40,758 bases of DNA from a virus (lineage: Duplodnaviria; Caudoviricetes): IMG/VR virus record IMGVR_UViG_3300008251_000012, positions 1 through 40,758 of that record; one strand, 5' to 3'. Positions 36,763 through 40,758 of this stretch are shown piece after piece. The notes beneath the pieces were generated by a model. It searched no databases, was not told the DNA's origin, and was given only the letters and a program-made list of their open reading frames with translations. Within the stretch, counting starts at the first letter, position 1. Each line of letters begins with the position of its first letter. The position numbers were made by a program, and so were the translations under genes.

Positions 36763-36772
36763 TTAGGATAAG

Positions 36773-37351
36773 TTAGTTCATGATTTTATCTTTCCCGCTT
36801 TTAGTCCGGTATATCCGCGACGGGTCTACAGGCTCAAACATCACATGCACCTCATTATCGATCATGCTCCAACCGGCGATTGCATACCCGACTTCATCAA
36901 AAATAATGGGGGTCTTATCGTTGTGCATCTGGGCGACTGCGGCTAGGTGCTTATCGTCCTTATCATAGACTCGTTTTATTGTGTTTAACATTTCACCCAC
37001 TTTGGCTGTCAGTAAAAAACTGGTTAGATATTCTTTAATGCTGATTTTACATACATCTTGGAAAATGTCAGGCATTACTTGGCGTTGTGGTAATGGTGGA
37101 AACAGCATAATAGCAGGGTGTTTTTTGCGGTGTAACTTTTTAGTGTTGTGACATTTACCGCGATCGAGTGCTTCAAATACCGCTTTTGCTTGGGTGTATT
37201 TAATCGGGTCGCCAACAGAGTGAAACCATTTTAATATCTGATTCGTTGTATACCATTTGTTGTATTGCATAACAGCTACAAACAGACCTGTTCGGCCATA
37301 TCCACCACGACGGCCACGGCGACCACAAATTATATTTTCCACAATAATCAC
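36773..37351 (-). CDS. Hypothetical basic protein
   Basis: 192-aa ORF with an AGGAG RBS-like sequence at its 5' end; Arg/Gly-rich N-terminus. Confidence 0.65.
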   Translation of the reverse strand: MIIVENIICGRRGRRGGYGRTGLFVAVMQYNKWYTTNQILKWFHSVGDPIKYTQAKAVFEALDRGKCHNTKKLHRKKHPAIMLFPPLPQRQVMPDIFQDVCKISIKEYLTSFLLTAKVGEMLNTIKRVYDKDDKHLAAVAQMHNDKTPIIFDEVGYAIAGWSMIDNEVHVMFEPVDPSRIYRTKSGKDKIMN

Positions 37352-37443
37352 TCCTATAAAAAGAATGATTATTATGACCGGTCATCACATTTGATTTTCA
37401 ACTAAAGCCTTGCGCAGAGCGGTTTCGTTTCATGCACCGGTTT

Positions 37444-37467
37444 TTAGTGTGACGCACATCACACTAA
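37444..37467. promoter_or_regulatory. Palindrome with a consensus CRP-box core
   Basis: TTAG-TGTGA-cgcaca-TCACA-CTAA between divergent genes. Confidence 0.6.
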
Positions 37468-37553
37468 GGTACGCCTTATTTTTTGCCTTATTTTATCGCT
37501 TGCTGCTATTAGACAGTGGAGTACAATTAATTCAAATAATGGAGTATACAACG

Positions 37554-37775
37554 ATGACTAAAACAAAGATTCACTTGCGATTTTACAAGCAGTTTAAGAT
37601 CCTGCCATTTCTAACATTAAGGGTCAGTAAAAAGGGGTTTTCTGTTCGTCTTGGCGGTAGACGATTAGGAATGACGATCGGTGGTGGTGGTATTTATATT
37701 AGCGGTTCACTGGCTGGGACAGGCATCGGATTCAGGCGAAAACTTACACTAGGAGAGGCAAAGCGAGTTAATTAA
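37554..37775 (+). CDS. DUF4236-like small protein
   Basis: LRFYKQFKILPFLTLRVSKKGFSVRLG...SGSLAGTGIGFR; GGAG RBS before ATG 37554. Confidence 0.75.
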   Translation: MTKTKIHLRFYKQFKILPFLTLRVSKKGFSVRLGGRRLGMTIGGGGIYISGSLAGTGIGFRRKLTLGEAKRVN

Positions 37776-37785
37776 ACAGGCATGG

Positions 37786-37827
37786 AAAAGCCCACAGCGG
37801 GAGGGTTTAGTTCCGCTGCGGGCTTTT
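37786..37827. terminator. Bidirectional terminator
   Basis: A4-GCCCACAGCGG...CCGCTGCGGGC-T4. Confidence 0.75.
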
Positions 37828-38025
37828 AATGTAGATGTCCCCAAACCTTAGGGGACGCGAATCACACTGACAATATAACCTGTCTACATTATTTATTTTC
37901 ACTTATGAACACTTCACATGTCAGGTCTACTCATCCGTGAGAGACACCCGAGCAATTGATGCAATCGAATTCTAACTGAACTGAATTCGCATTACAATAA
38001 AAACACTCACACGTTAGGATAAATA

Positions 38026-38676
38026 TTAAAAATCGATCCCCTTAAAAAAATTATCGGTTTCAGATAAAAATGTATTCACATAATGGTCTGTTGATGAAAG
38101 GCTGGCCTGCCCCAGCATATCCCGCACTACATTCATTTTGGCACCGTTCCTGATAAGCGTGAGCGCGAATGATTTTCTGAAGCTGTGAGTACTCAATGAA
38201 TAGCTCAGCTTCATCTCTATTGCGACCTGCTTAAGCAGCCTGTTTACGTGCTGAATACGATAAGGATTACCTTTATTAATCGTCGATTCGAACAGGTATA
38301 CAGCGCCTTCCTCAGAAAATGTTAACGCGTCGGCAATAAGGGTTTTAACCTGACTGCTCAGTGGAATTCGTAGGGTAGACGCCTCCTTAGCGCTGGCTAG
38401 CGCCTTCTTGTACTTATCCGCTGACAGATTTTTTTTCTTAATACTGTGCATTCGCATATTAAAAGATTTTTGAGTTACAACGACTATATCGTCACGGATT
38501 TGCTCGTTAATCAACACGTTACTTAGTCTCAAGTTCGAACAATCACCATATCGTAGCCCCGTCCTCGCTGACAGTTCCAGCAGTAACGCAACGACAGGGT
38601 TCATAATATCGACCCTACTCAATATTAGTTTTAATTCGTCGAGAGTTTCAGGTGGTTTTGATTGTACGCTCGCCAT
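38026..38676 (-). CDS. Tyrosine recombinase / integrase, catalytic domain only
   Basis: TGLRYGD, THSFRKSFA, MLGQASLSSTDHY; 216 aa. Confidence 0.88.
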   Translation of the reverse strand: MASVQSKPPETLDELKLILSRVDIMNPVVALLLELSARTGLRYGDCSNLRLSNVLINEQIRDDIVVVTQKSFNMRMHSIKKKNLSADKYKKALASAKEASTLRIPLSSQVKTLIADALTFSEEGAVYLFESTINKGNPYRIQHVNRLLKQVAIEMKLSYSLSTHSFRKSFALTLIRNGAKMNVVRDMLGQASLSSTDHYVNTFLSETDNFFKGIDF

Positions 38677-38677
38677 G

Positions 38678-39115
38678 CTAATTCCCCTTACCTGTAGAAA
38701 TATTGCCGATTACTTTCCAGTCTGACGAGCAATCGCATTCGTAGACTAGATTTATATTCGTGCCTCGCGTTAATACTGATTGTTTTATTCTAAATGTCAG
38801 GCAGCGGTGCAGGCTCGCTAACGGGATATCAGGCATGTAAAGTTTCGATGCTTGGTAGCTAGCATCGTCCAAAAAAACCTGTAATTCGTAAGTACCGTCA
38901 TTGCTCGGAAACATAGCGCCAATACTTTTTACTTGAATCGACATGTAACGGCTAAGATCTTCCAACAATAAGCTAATACTATCAGGTACGCCGGATTTAA
39001 ACTTGTTCGTTTCCCAATATCGTACAGTGCGATCACTTACGCCCCCCAAACCTGCTAATTCGGGGACTGTTAAATTCAGCGATTCCCTCATACATTTTAA
39101 CTCTACATGATTCAT
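38678..39115 (-). CDS. Aca2 / YdiL (DUF1870)-like HTH protein
   Basis: MNHVELKCMRESLNLTVPELAGLGGVSDRTVRYWE...VPD; AAGGAG RBS favours ATG 39115. Confidence 0.7.
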   Translation of the reverse strand: MNHVELKCMRESLNLTVPELAGLGGVSDRTVRYWETNKFKSGVPDSISLLLEDLSRYMSIQVKSIGAMFPSNDGTYELQVFLDDASYQASKLYMPDIPLASLHRCLTFRIKQSVLTRGTNINLVYECDCSSDWKVIGNISTGKGN

Positions 39116-39389
39116 ATTTGTCACTCCTTATTTATTGACTTAATTAGTTTAGTTCCGATAACGGAATTAAACAAGCGTTAATTCCTATAATTGAATAAAC
39201 AGGACTTTGAATTCTAGATAAGGAATTTTAAAGTCGCATATACCGATAGGATATAAGGAAAGATGTTTTATGATTAGATCGGAGATTAAACGGTCACTTT
39301 TGACAGGTAACGGCGAAAACGCCAGCTAAGCTGTAAGTTGTTGTTATTAAAGGGATTACAAAATAAAAATATAGCTATAGTGCCACTCC

Positions 39390-39421
39390 TTAGGTTCAAA
39401 ACTAGGTAGTCTTGAACCTAA
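39390..39421. other. Candidate tyrosine-recombinase core site (lox/dif-like)
   Basis: TTAGGTTCAAAAC-taggta-GTCTTGAACCTAA: 13-bp arms with one mismatch and a 6-bp spacer. Confidence 0.4.
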
Positions 39422-39628
39422 ATGGTGCTTTTGGGTCATAAGTGGGTATAGTTACCTTGAAATTAACTCAGATTTCGCACAGGGCGCGGTTTTTTTGGGG
39501 GTATCCTCCCCATCGAAAAAAGTGGGTTTCTGTACAAAAAAATCAATCATGATAGAATTGCTCACAGCGACTATCCTAACAAGAGTGGTTGCTACAATAA
39601 AAGTCTAATCTGACAATGGGACTGAAAT

Positions 39629-40444
39629 ATGGATGCGAATAAATATAAAATAAGCAGTATGGCTGAATTGGATGATGCCAAGGCTGAACTAAAAGAAATA
39701 ATTAATAAGCTACACACTGATAATATAGATATAAGAGCATATACCCCACCGAGTAATGACAAAAAGTTATCTCGGTATATTTATATTATTCCAGATGTTA
39801 AAAGAAGGAGAAAAATAGAAAACAAAATAAATAAAGCTGGTTTAATTAAAGAAGCCATAACTAACTTTTATGGTGATAAAGATCGAAGAAATAATTTAGC
39901 GTTGCCGTTACTTTTAACTAAAGTTGTATTGATTAGAGTTTGGATAAATGATGCTGTTTCAAGTAGAAGAGAAACTTCTTCGAAAATTCAGATTATAAAT
40001 AAGTTGAATCATCTTCTGGAAATATCGAACAGACACGACACCAGCGATAATCGAAAAAGAGCACGAAAATTAGAATCTGAAATTGAAACATTTTCTAGTT
40101 CGGATGAGGAACAATACATTGTTCGATCACCAGCTACACAAGATGTGTCACTAAAAGTATATTATGAAAACGTTGAAGATGAGGCACTTAGACTAACCGT
40201 TGCCGGTTTATTTATTGTCGGGGCGAAGTATGAAGCGCCCAAAATAGTAACCCCTGATTCTTGTGATGGTGTTAAGCCTAGAAGAAAAAGAAAGAGTGCG
40301 TTCGCTGCTTTAACACCTTTGCAATATAGCGGAGCACCAAGTTCTTTACTCTACAGACAATCAGAAGTTCATGCCGAAAAAGTTAGGCTTGGAATGGTAC
40401 AATCCAACATTGTTGACATGAAAAAAAATAAACAAAGATCATAG
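39629..40444 (+). CDS. c1: P1 C1-like primary repressor (divergent)
   Basis: 271 aa, colinear by eye with recalled P1 C1: SNDKKLSRYIYIIP, LPLLLTKVVLIRVWINDAVSS, SLKVYY, VAGLFIV, SAFAALTPL...LLYRQSEV. Operator-like motif at 39571. Confidence 0.68.
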   Translation: MDANKYKISSMAELDDAKAELKEIINKLHTDNIDIRAYTPPSNDKKLSRYIYIIPDVKRRRKIENKINKAGLIKEAITNFYGDKDRRNNLALPLLLTKVVLIRVWINDAVSSRRETSSKIQIINKLNHLLEISNRHDTSDNRKRARKLESEIETFSSSDEEQYIVRSPATQDVSLKVYYENVEDEALRLTVAGLFIVGAKYEAPKIVTPDSCDGVKPRRKRKSAFAALTPLQYSGAPSSLLYRQSEVHAEKVRLGMVQSNIVDMKKNKQRS

Positions 40445-40551
40445 TAAATGAAAGCTCAGCGCTTCTTTAAATTTAAGATTGAAGTGACACACACAATATT
40501 TATAACTGTTTTGATAATAATTGAGACGGTGGACAAACTATGACCCAGAGA

Positions 40552-40591
40552 AACAAGCTCCATATAACATTTACAGTATGTGGAGCTTGTT
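40552..40591. terminator. Long hairpin downstream of the c1-like gene
   Basis: AACAAGCTCCA...TGGAGCTTGTT. Confidence 0.55.
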
Positions 40592-40624
40592 ACAAACCTA
40601 TTTAATATAAATTCATTATTTCAT

Positions 40625-40664
40625 ATATATAAATAAACACATATATAAATAAACACATATATAA
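40625..40664. repeat. 16-bp tandem repeat in a very AT-rich tract
   Basis: ATATATAAATAAACAC twice plus a partial copy. Confidence 0.8.
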
Positions 40665-40758
40665 GTAATATTATTTATATAAAAACTTATATTAATTAAA
40701 ATTAATATAACCAATATAATTAAATATATATTTTCCGACATCTAATTACATTAGATTA

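Larger units (their letters stand above)
1..40758. mobile_element. P1-like (Punavirus-related) temperate myophage / phage-plasmid, partial
   Basis: Two late operons whose products and order match P1 morphogenesis genes (S-R-16-bplA-pmgA-sit-pmgB-tub-pmgC; bplB-pmgG-21-22-23; 5-6-24-7-25-26), plus a C1-like repressor and a RepL-type gene. No host housekeeping genes and no element boundary seen. Confidence 0.93.

Noticed and set aside
38026-38676. Cre or a chromosomal integrase with att sites
   Set aside because: Too short, with no N-terminal binding domains; no att duplication or host junction visible.
39629-40444. Tus-like terminus-binding protein (RKLESE, KVYY resemble Tus)
   Set aside because: The full-length colinear resemblance to P1 C1, its position and the upstream operator fit better; no Ter-like sites seen.

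Overview
The window is a 40.8-kb segment of a P1-like (Punavirus-related) temperate myophage / phage-plasmid, probably from a marine gammaproteobacterium (host is inference only). Family assignments come from motifs, sizes and gene order recalled from phage P1; no search was run. 1-22280 (minus): late operon with a lysis trio, gp23-like major capsid, gp22-like sheath, gp21, PmgG, BplB tube, PmgC, Tub, PmgB, Sit tape measure, PmgA, BplA, gp16, gpR, a 1504-aa modular tail fibre, and a LamG-repeat protein missing from the ORF track that runs off the left edge. 22574-23343: RepL-family gene behind a phased array of palindromic iterons. 23400-27550: accessory genes, including a transglutaminase-like protein, a MatP-like protein and a wHTH protein. 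27551-33116 (minus): second late operon (gp26, 25, 7, 24, 6, 5, PAAR). 33200-34170: about 1 kb of structured non-coding DNA. 34175-40444: early/accessory genes (MTase-ASCH fusion, DUF4236, tyrosine recombinase, Aca2/YdiL-like HTH) and a divergent P1 C1-like repressor. Main observations: a probable +1 programmed frameshift (CCC UUU CGG) in the chaperone gene ahead of the tape measure; a readable regulatory code (TTTTATCGCT-N5-[-10] late promoters and TTATCCTAWCAA operators); a candidate large structured ncRNA; gp21 as a T4 gp68-like prohead core protein sharing an LLSS motif with the capsid propeptide; and a phage-borne MatP-like protein.
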